64,000 nucleotides of DNA from Octopus vulgaris (lineage: Eukaryota). Within the stretch, counting starts at the first letter, position 1. Every line of letters starts with the position of its first letter. The translations under genes were made by a program, and so were the position numbers. The notes under the pieces were generated by a model, which saw only the letters and a list, made by a program, of their open reading frames with translations, was not told where the DNA came from and did not search any database. Location: assembly GCA_951406725.2 (NCBI GenBank), contig OX597842.1:5022001-5086000 (forward strand). Direction: 5' to 3'. Shown piece after piece: positions 27,899 to 41,051 of this stretch.

Positions 27899-28003
27899 TA
27901 TACATAAACACATAAAATCAAAATAAGTAACAGAATGTCAAGTAATAATGGCACTCATTGGTAAGATCGGCTGTAATGGAAATATAATACTGTACACTGG
28001 ATA

Positions 28004-28046
<43 letters not shown>

Positions 28047-28470
28047 CAAATATATATATAAAATAAAAGAAGGAAAATGCTCACACTTTACATAGTTTTA
28101 AAATATTTTTAATATATTTGATATTATCTTTGTTAACCGGTTTCACTTTCGCTAATCATGACACTGAAATTATTGTAATTTTGTATTTTTTAACATTATA
28201 ATAATTTCAGTGTCATGATTAGCAAAAGTGAAACATAATATAAAATATATTAAAACTATGTAAAGTGTGTGCATTTCCCTTCTTTTATTTTTTTAATATA
28301 TATTTTTTGCATTGCAACTCATCACACTTCAATCAAAATTCCTCCCTTTCTGTTACTATATAAATACATACAAACAATTATGTATGAAGAAGGAGGAGGA
28401 GGCAGAGGAATTGTTGCTAATGTGATGAAGACTGACAGAGAAAAAACTATAGGAGTCAAACAGAACTTAC

Positions 28471-28712
28471 GAGAAGGTTGCCATTTCTGGTACCATCTAT
28501 GATTCTGAGACGAAATGCAGAGTCTTTGATGGCCACACTCTTGATGATGATCTGTAGTCGGTAGGCATTGTCTGTGGAGCTGGCTTCCAGGTAGAGGTCA
28601 CAATACTGGCGAGGATTTGATGGTGTGACTGTTGATTTTCTAGCATTAACGATGATTGGCGTTTCATAGACCTTCACCGTCTGATCGCAGGTACTGGGCT
28701 CATCCATATTGT
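28471..28712 (-). CDS. Coding exon 2, N-terminal half of CUB-like domain
   Basis: Acceptor catcag|AC completes Tyr with the T from exon 1. Encodes YNMDEPSTCDQTVKVY...YCDLYLEA...RLQIIIKSVAIKDSAFRLRIIDGTRNGNLL. Phase-0 donor |GTAAGT. The Cys spacing and the L.I.DG motif are CUB-like. Confidence 0.85.
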
Positions 28713-30706
28713 CTGATGATGAACCGAGACAGAAGTCAGAGTTGTATTTGAAGATGAAGTTTTGTGAAGAGATTTTGAAGAATGAAAGAAAAAAATATGT
28801 ACATATAGGCATAGACATAGCCATGTGGTAAGAAGTTTACTCCTGAACTATTTGGTTCTGGGTTCAGTCCCGCTGTGCAGCACTTTGGGCAAATGTCTTC
28901 TACTAGAGCTTCAGGCTAACCAGAGCCTTGTGAGTGGATTTGGTAGATGGAAACTGAAAGAAACTTGTCGTATACATATATACATATGTGTGTGTGTTTT
29001 GTCCCCCACTGCCACTTGACAATTGGTATTGGCAAGTTTATGTTCCTGTAACTTAGTGGTTCAACAAAAGAGACCGATAGAATAAGTAACAAACTTTGCA
29101 AAAGAATAATAAGTGTTGGGGGTTGCCTCATTCGACTAAAAATCCTTCAAGGTAGTGTCCCAGCATAGCCACAGTCTAATGACTAAAACAAGTAAAAGAT
29201 ACAGAGTGGCCTGGAAACATGGGAAATATTGCTATTCTTGTGGAATGGACTCCTTACTGGATATTAGTCCCTTTGATTTCAGCATACCTTAGCAAAGGGT
29301 TATTTTGAAGGAGGGGTACTTAAGGAAAGTCACAGATATAAATCATCTGAAGGAACCCATCATGAAAGAATGTGTTGAAATTGATGGAAATGTACAGTTA
29401 TAGCAGTGGGTCCATGTGAATCTCACAAGGCACATTGAACTGTATCAGAGCAGATGAACTATTTCACCCTGCGTAACAACACACTGGTACTGCATTGCAT
29501 TCCTCTGCCCTTTGAAAGCTAGCAACGGAGGAATACACATGATGACTTCCACTCTGCCAAAGGGCACAAAGGCTTAACAAACTTTCAGTAGCTTTCTTGA
29601 AGCTGGAAGGTTAACGTACAAAAACAATTGTTGTGAAGCCTGTTCATTCCATCTTTATCTATTATAATTATAAATGTTCATGATGAGAGATGCACATATT
29701 GTCAGTCTCTAAGGGACATGCTCAAGTAGTTAAGGTCAAGGAACTGACAAACAAATCTGTGGTATTGGGCAGAAAATTTGCTAAAGTGATATTTCTGCTT
29801 CAGCAACTCAGCTGTGAATCTTTCTGAAATGTAATGGAAAATTAGTCAGTTTCAAAACATTGATGTCCAGGAGACAAAAGCAAAATTTGAAGGGAATAAT
29901 TTTCATTTGATTTCTAGATAGAAACAAATAGGCAGTAATACTCACTTACCAAAGCCAAAAGAAAAAAGAAAAAAAAAATTGTTACACCGTGTTATACGTG
30001 TACCTGCTTGATTGAAACACTGCCTAAATCCAATTTTCATAATGTAGCTTTAACATCTCTGCCTTTAATTGCTGTTCTCATTGGAGTTTTAGTCATCATG
30101 TCAACTATGAGCAGTAATTCCATTTACCTATTAAACTTATGTCATCAGAAGAAATGTTACCTGAATTATATATATAGGTACGATTGGATCAGCTCAGTGC
30201 ATGACAATTGAATCTCATAGGTTTCAGCTCTAAGGTTCATCATGTTCAAATCTCACTGTCATAGCAATAATAACAAGAAAAAAGAACATGTGCATGACTT
30301 GTTACTAAAACATGACACAAGTGGAATAAACAGGTGTAACAAGTTATATGCATCATCAACATCATCGCCATTCAACATCCATTTTCCATGCTGGCATGAG
30401 TTGGACAGCTTGACATGAGCTGGAGAACTGCCCAGGCTCCATTTCTCTGTTTTGGCAGGGTTTCTAGAATTGGCTGCCTTTCCCAATGCCAACCACTTTA
30501 CAGAGTGGACTGAGTACTTTTATGTGGCACTGACATGGGTGCTTTTACATGACACTGGCACAGGTGTCCTTACATGGAACCAGCATGGATGCACTTACAT
30601 GGCAATAGCACAGGGGCTTTTACATTACACCAACACAGGCACTTTTATGTGGCAATAGCACAGGTGCTTTTACATCACACTGACATGGCCACTTTTACAT
30701 GGCATC

Positions 30707-30737
<31 letters not shown>

Positions 30738-30944
30738 TTCAACAATTGAGGGTAAAATTAATTAATTAATCAATTTCACCAAGTATTCAGTATACAAAGG
30801 GACCATTTAAGGCGAATTCAAATTATTACATTATATAAAGGCTTAGTAAAATAATTACTTTGCCGCATACTTTGAGTTCAGTATGCGGCAAAGTAATTTA
30901 TTTTACTAAGCCCTTTATATAATATATATATATATATATATCTC

Positions 30945-31530
30945 ATCATCATCATCCTCCTCCTCCTCCTCCTTTAACGTCCGCTTTCCATGCTAGCATG
31001 GGTTGGATGATTTGACTGAGGTCTGGTGAACCAGACTCCAATCTGATCTGGCAGAGTTTCTACAGCTGGATGCCCTCCCTAACACCAACCACTCCGAGAG
31101 TGTAGTGGGTGCTTTTATGTGCCACTGGCACAGGGGGCAGTTTGGTGGTACTGGCAACAGCCACGCCCAAATGGTGCTTTTTACGTGCCACCTGCACAGG
31201 AGCCAGTCCAGCGGCACTGGTGACGACCTCGCTCGAATATTTCACATGCCACCAGCACAAGTACTGGCAAGGCGACGCGGTAATGATCATGCTCGAATGG
31301 TGTGTTTAACGTGCCATCGCCACGAAGGCCAGCTTGTTGCTCTGGCAATGATCTCACTCGTTATGGTACACTTAGCGCTTCACTAGCAACAGATGCCAGT
31401 CACCGAGTTTGATTTCGACTTTGATTTCACTTGCCTCAACTGGTCTTTGCAAGCAGAGTTTAGTGTCCAATGAAGAGAAGGCACACATAAGTGGACTGGT
31501 TACACCCCTAGCATAGGCCACAAGGTTATA
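30945..31530 (-). mobile_element. Dispersed RTE 3'-end copy (representative)
   Basis: Matches the 3'UTR at 22990-23160. Other copies near 1500-1700, 4650-4830, 18730-19260, 30360-30710, 54830-54985, 56050-56320 and 61930-62215. Confidence 0.8.
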
Positions 31531-32043
31531 TATATATATATACATTAGGAAAAATTTAAAAAATTCCAGTGCTTTTTAGGCAAATCCCCCTGTGATATTT
31601 TCTCTCTGTTACTTTTCTCAATATCACAAATACAGCAAATAACTTATTGGTCCTCACTGTGAACCCTCATAAGGTGTAGTGCTATGTTCAGAGATTAGTT
31701 GAGTTTTTATCTTTTGAATTGTTTCAATCACTAAAGTGATGCCATGCTGGTTTAGTTGAACAAATCAACCCCAGTATTTATCAGTAAAGCCTGCTATTTA
31801 TTCTATTGTTTTGTTTTGTTGAACTAGTAAGTTGGTGGGAGACACACACACATACACACACACACACACTGATGTTGGCAGTTCATTCATGACTGATGAA
31901 GACCATCACCAGCTTTTGAGAACGTTCTGCACTCAGACAAGATTATACTTTACACTTGTGGCTCCACTAGTGACACACACACACATACATACATAAAAAA
32001 ATGAGATGACAAAAGAATAAATGATTATCTTAGGAACTTCATT

Positions 32044-32123
32044 AGCTTACAGCTGTTTCTGCTATAAGATGCAGTGCACTCATAGGTGAGTGCCAAGTAA
32101 CACATTATAGCATTATCAGAGCC
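32044..32123 (-). ncRNA. Type I hammerhead motif with G8A substitution
   Basis: Minus strand: ggct CTGATAA tgctataa...ttatagca GAAA c-agct-g TA agct. Stems are intact, with one core mismatch. Confidence 0.6.
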
Positions 32124-32414
32124 TTGAATAGGAAGTGCAATTTATTTCATTCTGAAGCATATGTATATTGAGTTCTGCATTGTATACACACACTCACACA
32201 CACACACATATATTCACAATGGGCTTCTTTCAGGTTCTGTCAACCAAATCCACTCACGAAGCTTTGGTCAGCTATAATAGAAGACATTTGCCCAAGGTGA
32301 CCTGCAGTGGACTGAACTCAGAAACCCTTGTTCTAAAGCAAAATTCTTACCACACAGCCATGCCTGTTGTACAGAAAGTTTTAAAAAATCCAAACAAGTA
32401 ATTAAATTACTCAC

Positions 32415-32493
32415 ATATTGAGACTGGTAAAACTGTTGGCAGGAAGAACAAACAGCACAATATTCCAATGAAGCTTGTAATCTGAGACATCAT
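32415..32493 (-). CDS. Coding exon 1 (signal peptide) of CUB-like type I membrane protein
   Basis: Reads MMSQITSFIGILCCLFFLPTVLPVSI, a hydrophobic signal-like segment. It ends in a phase-1 donor T|GTGAGT. An upstream acceptor ttttcttttcag makes the whole exon 32547-32415. Too short for the ORF track. Confidence 0.85.
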
Positions 32494-33734
32494 TGTTTAG
32501 AATTATCAGTTGAATTTAGAATAATATGGTCTGTTTCAAAGAAATAACTGAAAAGAAAATAAGATTGCAAAAAAAAAAAAAAGTGATATATAAATATTGG
32601 GTTAAAAAAGCCCTTTTGGATAGAAACATTTGAAGACTGTTAATGGGACTTGAACTCACATCTCCTGTACTCATGACAGGCATTCTACCAATATTCCAAA
32701 GCAATCCTGGAAAATTCTCTATCCAGTTCAGAAACTTTATTCCTATCAGTGAAAATTGCATGTTATTGATATCATAAGAATAAACTTTTGAGAGAACACG
32801 AAATAATTCATTTTTAACAGTGGAACTCAGAGTAGATAAAGCTATAAATAATAATGTTTAAATATTGGATTGAAAATTTCTTTGGCATACAAAGAACCCA
32901 CGTCTCCTGTGTATGAGACAGGTGTTGTACCATTGGACTAAAGCAATCTTTTCAAATTCTCTCTCCATTTTAGAAATTTAATTCTTATCAGTGAGAATTG
33001 TATGTTGCTTTTTAACCAATATTTACTTGTTGTTATTTATAGCTTTAGCTGCTTCGAGATTCTCTATTCTAAAAAAGTAATTATTTCATGTCCTCTCTCA
33101 GTTTCCAAATTCTCATAACATCAACACAATACAATTCTTTGTGGTAAGAATAAATAAAATGCAAGGAGAATTTCAAACCTGACAGTCTTCAACTTTTTCT
33201 CTCCAAAAGCTTTTTCAACTCAATTTAAACATGTTATTATAGAGTCATCATCTGTTTCAACAACATGCTATTCCCACTGGTGTGAAGGCATATGGCTCAG
33301 TGGTTAGGGTAGTTGGCTCACAGTCGTAAAGTCATGAGTTCCATTCCTGGCAGTGCATTGTGCCCTTGAGCAAGACACTTTATTTCACATTGTTTCTGTC
33401 CCCTCAGCTGGTAAAAATGAGTTGTACCTGTATTTCAAATGCCCAGCCTTGTCATATTTATGTGTCATGCTGAATCTCCCTAAGAACTATGTTATGGGTA
33501 TATGTGACTGTGGAGTACTCAGCCATTTGCATGTTAATTTCATGAGCAGGCTGTTATGCTAATTGGCTCAACTGGAACTCTCATCCTTGTATCCAACTGA
33601 GTACCAGTATTCTCACTGGAGAGATGGATACAAAAATTTGGAAGATCACTTTGGTTTAATGGTAGAAGATCTATCATGTTTACAGATGAGAGTTTAAGTC
33701 CTATGGATAATTTTTGACTTTTTTTAACACAATG

Positions 33735-34441
33735 CAGGGTGTTCCTGAAGTCTTGGGCACATTTCAAGTCCTCATATCTGCTGGTAGTAAGATGAAACTG
33801 GAACCATTTTAAAGCTAAATTCATTAAGTTTTTTTGTAATGCTAATGATTTTTCATATTTTTTCAGATCCAGTAATGGCGTTCACTCACCAAAAAAGGTG
33901 TTTGCAAAAACTGAATCATGGACACTTGTTCGATGTGCATTTTGCACAAAATTCCAAAAAGAGGCACCAGAAAGGAAGTCCATATTGAGATGGCATGGTA
34001 AATTCATGAAGGATGGGTGTTTGTGCCCAACTAAGAGAACGGGATGCCCCTCAACTTCAGATGATACGGTTGAGTGAGTTCGGACAGCCTTTGAGCGGAG
34101 CCCCCGTAAATCGATCAGAAGAGCCAGTAGGGAACTTCAGTTTCCCACAACAACTGTTTGACGTATCTTAAAAGGACGACTGCAGATGACACCTTACAAG
34201 CTACAGTTAGTCCCAACAGTTGCAGAATGCTGATAAACCAGTTCATCATGACTTTTGCATTGCAATGCAAGAGAAGTTGGAAGATGACGGATTTGACGAC
34301 CAGCTTGTCTTTAGCAATGAGGCAACCTTCCATGTAAATGGCAAAGTCAACAAGAATAACACTCGCATATGGGGTACTGAAAACCCACATGAACTTCTTG
34401 AGCATCAGCGAGATTCCCCAAAGGTGAACGTGTTTTGTGCC
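33735..34441 (+). mobile_element. 5' part of a rosa-like (DD41D-type) Tc1/mariner transposon
   Basis: CAGGGTG terminus. SPRKSIRRASREL, PYKLQL and FSNEATFHVNGKVNKNNTRIWGTENPH motifs. Truncated by a LINE at 34441. Confidence 0.8.
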
Positions 34442-37400
34442 AGATTTACTGCAGACCCGAAAAGCAATGGATTCAATAGGACCGAGGCACAGATAGAATG
34501 TAAAAAGAACTCAGCCACTCCTATAAACTTGTCAGGCCATATCTGGACAAGTTGGACACCATTTTTAAATTTCCAAATGCTCATTTGCCTGAGAAATTTG
34601 TTTGCATGGAAAACACCAAAACTGATGCCCCAAGCAAGAGGCCCAGCTCTATGAAGGTAATCGCAGTAATGTAGAAAGTGAAGAGGAGCAAGAAAAGAAT
34701 CCCAAAGCTCTCAAGAGAAGCGACTCCAGCTCCCTCTCCTAACATGGCAGCTCAGCGAGAGGAACCAGCCACAAGACAGGTGCAGCAGGGTTCAAACCTG
34801 CAAATTCTACATAAAAGGAGTTTGCTGGTATCGAGAGAAGGGGACACACTGCTTCTTTGAACATCCAAAGCTTAGGCAAGATAAAATACACAGCAATTAC
34901 CTGGTAATCAGGATAAGCATCCATGCCCAGGAAAGTTTACACTCTTGTGCACACCAACAAAAAAAACTGCCAAAAAGCTGTATGCAGATGCAGTGCAAAC
35001 TGCAGCAGCTGAACAGCAACATTTTTCAAATATTGCACCAACAATAATGCAGCAGTTATCATGGCTACAAATGAAATAAAGCCATGTACACCCCCACACA
35101 TGACCACTGCAAGTAATGGATCCAGGATGGCCACCACTGCTGCCGAGTCCTCCATCACACCAATTCTACTGATGAACGTCAGAGGCCTCTTGCAAAACAA
35201 CAGCAAGTGCAAAATTGCATACCTGGGAGAACTGTCTGCATGCAATCAAGCTATATGTATTGCACTCACAGAGATACATCTGTCTGCAGACATACAGGAT
35301 GCAGAGATATACATACCAAGGTACACTGTGTTCCGCACAGAAAAGAAAGAAGTCATGATGAAGTTGTGATGTACATCCATGAAGATGTCCCAACATTGAC
35401 ATTGCTGTCACATTCGAATGTGGTCAGTGACACACTCATAGTATATCTAAAGCAACTTGACATGGTAATATGCACATTATAACACTCACCCAATGCCTCA
35501 TGGCAAGCTTGAGGAATGTCTTACAAAGATAAAAGAAGTACTCACAAACCTAGATCAATGTCTTAATGTACTTCTGATGGGTGACTTCAACTTCCCCACC
35601 ATTAGATGGCCTGAAGGTGTCATAACCACAAGGCTGACATGAAAAGAATGCAATCAGGCAGAATCTTTAGTAGATCTCATGAAAATGATGTTCATGGAGC
35701 AGACCATACTTTCCCCAACCAGAAATTACAACATCCTGGATCTCTGTTTCAAAAACAACATGGTCCTTATCCACAGCATAAAAATATCACTGTCAACTCA
35801 CTCAGACCATAACATGATAGAACCGTCAATATATGGTCCAAAGCTAATTAAGAAATTATACAACACTGCTGGATCCAAGCGCTAGCCAACTTGAACTTCT
35901 ACAAGGCTCACTGAAAGTCTATCAATGAAGGGATATGCCAGCAAAACTGGCTTAAAAAATTCTATCCTTGCAAGACACTGACAGGACATTTAATGAGTTC
36001 ATGTCAATAATGCAAGCCATATGTATTAAGTTTGTCCCAGAGAAGAAAGACATCACACATAAGACATTATTCCCTGAAATAGGAGAACCCTAATGAGATG
36101 GAGGATAAAGATCTTAAATCACTTAAATAAGGAGCCTAATGACAGCAAAAAGCCATACCTCAAGATGGCATTCTTAGAGACTGAGAATAAAATCAGACTC
36201 TCCTATGAAAAAGAAAGGGCAAACAGAGAAACCAGTGTGGTGGAAAATATATAAAGGAACCCTAAAGCCGTCTACAAGTTCATAAAAGAGTTTGCCTCAG
36301 TGTGATATAGGACAGGGCCACTGTTTGATGAAAAGGGCTCACTGACTGCAGACCCCCAAGAGGATAAGTGAAGCACTCGATAAACAATTCCGTAGTGTTT
36401 TCACCTCTCCACTGAAAAACATGAAAATAAGCAGATCTGACAAGTTCTTCAACACCACAAATCTACAAGAGAAAAAGGCAACCATCAATTACATTGGGAT
36501 TACAGAAAAGGATGTATTGTCGGCAATTGATGAGATTGCAACTCTGCAACAGGCCCAGATGGACTCTCAGCAATTCTGTTAAAAACATGCAAGAAAGCTC
36601 TTGCAAAACCACAGCAAGTGCTTTTCCAAACTTACCTTGAATGCAGTACGTTTCCTCAAATGTTAAAAGAAGGAATAATCTGCCCTGTCCACAAAGGAGT
36701 AAGCAGAACAGATGCTATAAACTACAGGCCTATCTCTCAGACCTCACATATTAGCAAGATCATGGAACGCATTGTCAGAAAAAGACTGACCACGTTCCTA
36801 GAAGAAAATGACTTGCTGACAGACATGCAACATGGCTTCCATCCTGGAAGGAGCTGCCTAGCACAGCCACTACAGCACTTTGACTGGGTACTAAAACAAC
36901 AGCTCATGCACTCAAATGTGGATGCGATATATCTCGACTTTGCCAAGGCCTTTGATAAATTCAGTCATGGGATGATATGTCACAAATTGCGTGACCTTGG
37001 TATCACTGGTAGACTGGGGAGAGTGGCTGCAGAAGTCAGGCTGTCACAGCAAATGGTGCTCTCTCTGAAGTGACACTAATCCTCATCGGAGTTCCCCAAA
37101 GAACAGTGCTGGGACCACTACTGTTTGTGGTTGCTCTCTTGGACATGCCCTCAGCCAAAGAGTCAGCCACACTCACCAGCTACGTCGATGATACAAAAGT
37201 ATCGCAGTCAGTCAAGGATCCTACTGGCATCCTAAGATTGAAGAATGACCTGAACATGATATATAAGTGAGTAGAAGAGAATAATATGCAGTTCAATGCT
37301 GCAATATTTCAAGTACTCCTCTATCAGCCCACAAACTACAATTGAAGTACATGGGACCAGCAGACAATGTAATCCCAGAGTTAGAGTCAGTGTGCAACCT

Positions 37401-38090
37401 GGAAATCCACATGAGCAACAACGTAACTTTCCATGTGCACATTGCTCAGATGGCAACACTATGCAGGCGGGTGGCAGGTTGGATCTTTCAGGAGCAGGAA
37501 CAGAGACACAATGCTTCTGCTTTGGAGAACCTTTGTCCTCAATCATCTGGACTATAGCTCCCAAATGTGGTTACCACAGAACGTAAAACTAATTGCGGAA
37601 CTAGAGGCAATCCAAAGTCACTACACAAATAAGATAGACTCAGTAAAACACATGGGCTACTGGGAGAAATTAAAGGAACTAGAACTCTACTCCCCAGAGA
37701 GGAGATGTGAGACATATGCAGTGCTATACATATGGAAAGTAATGGAGGATCTAGCTCCAAATTTCGGAATCAACAATCCCTGAACTGGATGGCACTGCAC
37801 AGTACCAAAGGTCCCATCTTCTCTATTGAAGATACGAACCCAATATTATAATAGCTTGGGATTCCAGGGACCACAACTATTTAATGCCCTACCACAAAAC
37901 ATCAAGAATCTGCAAGGTGTAGACATGGAAGTCTTCAAATAGCGTTTTTTTTTTATCTGCAATACTGGATGAACCCACATCACAGTAGGAGGCACAAAGA
38001 AGAGCAGCAATGCCCAACTCACTACTTCACCAGAAGCAATACTGGAAAAATTCCCGGATGCAGTAAAGGCGGTGCACTAGCATGGTCTCA
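34442..38090 (+). mobile_element. Near full-length decayed CR1/L2-group LINE
   Basis: Cys/His-rich ORF1 remnant. APE endonuclease (NVRGL, ALTE, MGDFNFP, NILDLC, SDHN). RT (NYRPIS, QHGF, YLDFAKAFDK, GVPQ.TVLGP, YVDDTK). Confidence 0.9.
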
Positions 38091-38316
38091 GCTTCTGGCT
38101 GAAACCCGTAAAAGATAAAAGATATATATATATATACACACACATATACAACTGTCAAAGTATAAAATACGTTTTGAGTTTTTGGGCATGTAATTGTAAA
38201 TGTACCTGTAAAATATGTTTGCTGTGCTAACGTGTTTGTGTTTGTGTATAACTTGTCTGTGTGTGAATCTTGGTTTATAAGTAGGTAAGCAGGTAGGTAT
38301 ACAAACAGACAGACAG

Positions 38317-38357
<41 letters not shown>

Positions 38358-38859
38358 TAGATAGATAGATAGATAGATAGGAAGAGAGACAGAGAGACAG
38401 ACAGATAGACAGATAGGCAGAGAGACAGACAGATAGATAGATAGATAGTATAACTAAGTTTGTTATGTCTTGGGAGAGTCATTATGCCAATAATATTATT
38501 AGTGTAATATGGCCATGAAATGCTTCGTCTGTCTTTATGTTTTGAGTTCAGATTCAGCCGAGATTGGACTTCGCCTTTCATCCCTTTAGCGTCGATAAAT
38601 GAAGTACCAGTTACGTACTGGGGTTGATCTAATCGACTGGTCCCCTCCCCCAAAATTTCGGGCCTTGTGCTTAGAATAGAAAAGAATATTATTGGTGTAA
38701 TGGCTGTCCCTAGACGCAACAAAATGTTTCAACACACGAGTTCACATCAAAAGTTTTGGAAACCAAATACAAAAACGAACTCAACTAACTTTTCTGAACA
38801 CAATCTATGGTAAAGATTGTTCCTTTTGGTGGTAGGTAATTGCTTCTCCAGTGTGTCCC

Positions 38860-39100
38860 CAGCAACCATCGGATTTCGTTGTTTTTCTTTTTCACTTCCT
38901 CTTCTTCGTCAACCTATATTATAATGATGATGGAGACGATGACGGACGGCGGTAAGATGTGAATATTAATTTTAAAAAATAGGAAATAACGATAATTAGT
39001 GAAGCGTTAATAACTGGTCAAACCAGGAGCTTCTTTCTTCACTCAGGCACTTTGGACATTTGAAACAGTCGGCCGCCATTTTGAACAGGTAAAAAATATC
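38860..39100. promoter_or_regulatory. Putative promoter / first-exon region
   Basis: Unique CpG-enriched sequence, YY1-type motif GGCCGCCATTTTG at 39071-39083, a pyrimidine-rich tract near 38890, and plus-strand donor-like sites GGCG|GTAAGA (38951) and ACAG|GTAAAA (39088). Confidence 0.5.
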
Positions 39101-40479
39101 AATTAAATAAGAATAAATATATAAATATCAAGGTAGATCGTAACAGGTAGACATGCGGACAGTCAGACAAACAGATTGATTATACACACGAGAGAAAAAA
39201 AGAAAGAAAAACAACAATAGACTTTAAGGTGCGGTGATGGTAGTAGTGTTGTGTGACTTTATAAGGGAAGGCGAACATTTTTTCCCACATTCACCTGTCG
39301 TGCAGCAGCAGTAGGAGGCGCAATGGCCCAGTGTTTAGGTCGGAGGATCGCGGTTTCGATTTCCAGACCGGGCGTTGTGTGTGTTTATTGAGCGAAAACA
39401 CCTAAAGCTCCACGAGGTTTGGGCAAGGGGTGGTGGCGACCCCTGTTGTACTCTTTCGCCCCAACTTTCCTGTTTCTTGTCCCCGACTTCTAACGCAACC
39501 GCTGAGCGTGGATGCACATTCATCCATCCGTCGATGCACTCGGTGTCGGAGGTTGACCTGCTTTCTCTTTTGCGGGTCTTACGAATAGCAAAGGACCACG
39601 TTTAGACTTCTCCCACTACAGACAATCCTGAGGCGCGATCTTGCGAGCTCTGGGACGAAGACCGCTTCGCTCAGCAGCAGCACCACCGCCGCCACCACTA
39701 CCACCGCCGCTACCACCACCACCACCGCCGCCGCTACCACCACCACCACTGCCGCCGCTACCACCACCACCGCCGCTGCCGGAACCATGTGGTTGGGAAG
39801 CAAACTTCTTACCACACAGCCACACAGATACGTATTCTGTATTTTTTAATGAAATTTTCAACAAATACCTTTCAGATTGTGTAGATTATGATTATATCGA
39901 ATTTGTGGTTCAAATGTTTTATTTTAAATTATTGAAAAAAATTAATGTGATGCATCCTTCCTTTTATTAAGACGGTAAGGTGTGACTAAAGGGTGATTTG
40001 ACTGTTGTTCTTAGCGGCCCAGGTAAACATATGGAAGTTGACCCTTATTGCCGAGTTGTTTTGTTATGATTATATAAATAACATAGCTGTCCCCACCTAC
40101 ACGTAGAATATTTGGGTTAAGCCAAATTAACGGTGACCTAAATAGACAGTGACGTGTATACGCACATAACGAAGTCACACACACACACACGAACTTTGAT
40201 CTTAACCGATAGGCTGAATGTGTGTGTGTGCGCATGTTGGTTGGTTGAAGTGGTGTATAGATTTTATATATTAAAAGGAGGTAGGCAGGATTTGGGATAC
40301 TTATTTATTTAGAACTTCAATCTCGTTTCTGAGATTTATCGGGAATGATGTAATTTTTATCTAAATAAATTTTCCTGATACATCACTGAAACAAGATAAA
40401 GACGCTCTAAACAAATAAATATCCAAAATTAATTATCCTTTTTCTTAGTATGAGATTTCCTCACAGATAAAGAGCATAG

Positions 40480-41015
40480 GTATAAAATCTTCTGGGAAAG
40501 GAACACTGATGGGGCTGGTGGTGTGGGAATTGGGCATACTTCTTGTTGAGAATGGGTTGATAAGGTAATTGAGGTAGTGTGAGTGTGTGATAGGATACTT
40601 AGACTAGTTTTGCAAAGTGGAACAGCATCCATTATCTCAGCTTATGACACCCTTTTGCAGACTACCTGATCAACAAATGACAGTGACTTTTTGTTTGTGG
40701 CTGGTGCCATCAATGGGCATGTTGGGCAGCCATCCAAGTGGCTTCCATGGTATGCATGGTGGCAACGGATTTGGTTCCTGTAATGAGGAGGGGACTAGGT
40801 TGCAGGAGTTCTGTGATGCAAATGACATTATGATCTGCAATACTAACTTCAGGAAATCTGCCAGTTACCTGTTCACCTACCAGTCTGGTGGGCATACTAG
40901 TCAGATTGACTACATTTTTGCCAGAGGCATCAGATGTTCTGTGCAAGAGAGAAGACTGTGCTGGTTTGGTCATGTGATATGTATGGATGAGGGCAGTTGC
41001 ATAAAGAAGTGCTGA
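40480..41015 (+). mobile_element. Internally deleted RTE LINE
   Basis: Endonuclease part (HGGNGFGSCNEEG...SQIDYI) is fused directly to the C-terminal QERRLCWFGHV. Confidence 0.8.
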
Positions 41016-41051
41016 GCTCTCATTTTGTTAAATGAATAAATTATTCAACAT

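Noticed and set aside
38027-38722. 231-aa minus-strand ORF
   Set aside because: It runs across a SINE, (GATA)n/(TA)n repeats and a LINE end, so it is a chance ORF.
39312-39380. Possible tRNA gene
   Set aside because: Only A/B-box-like remnants continuing into a SINE body, with no complete cloverleaf.
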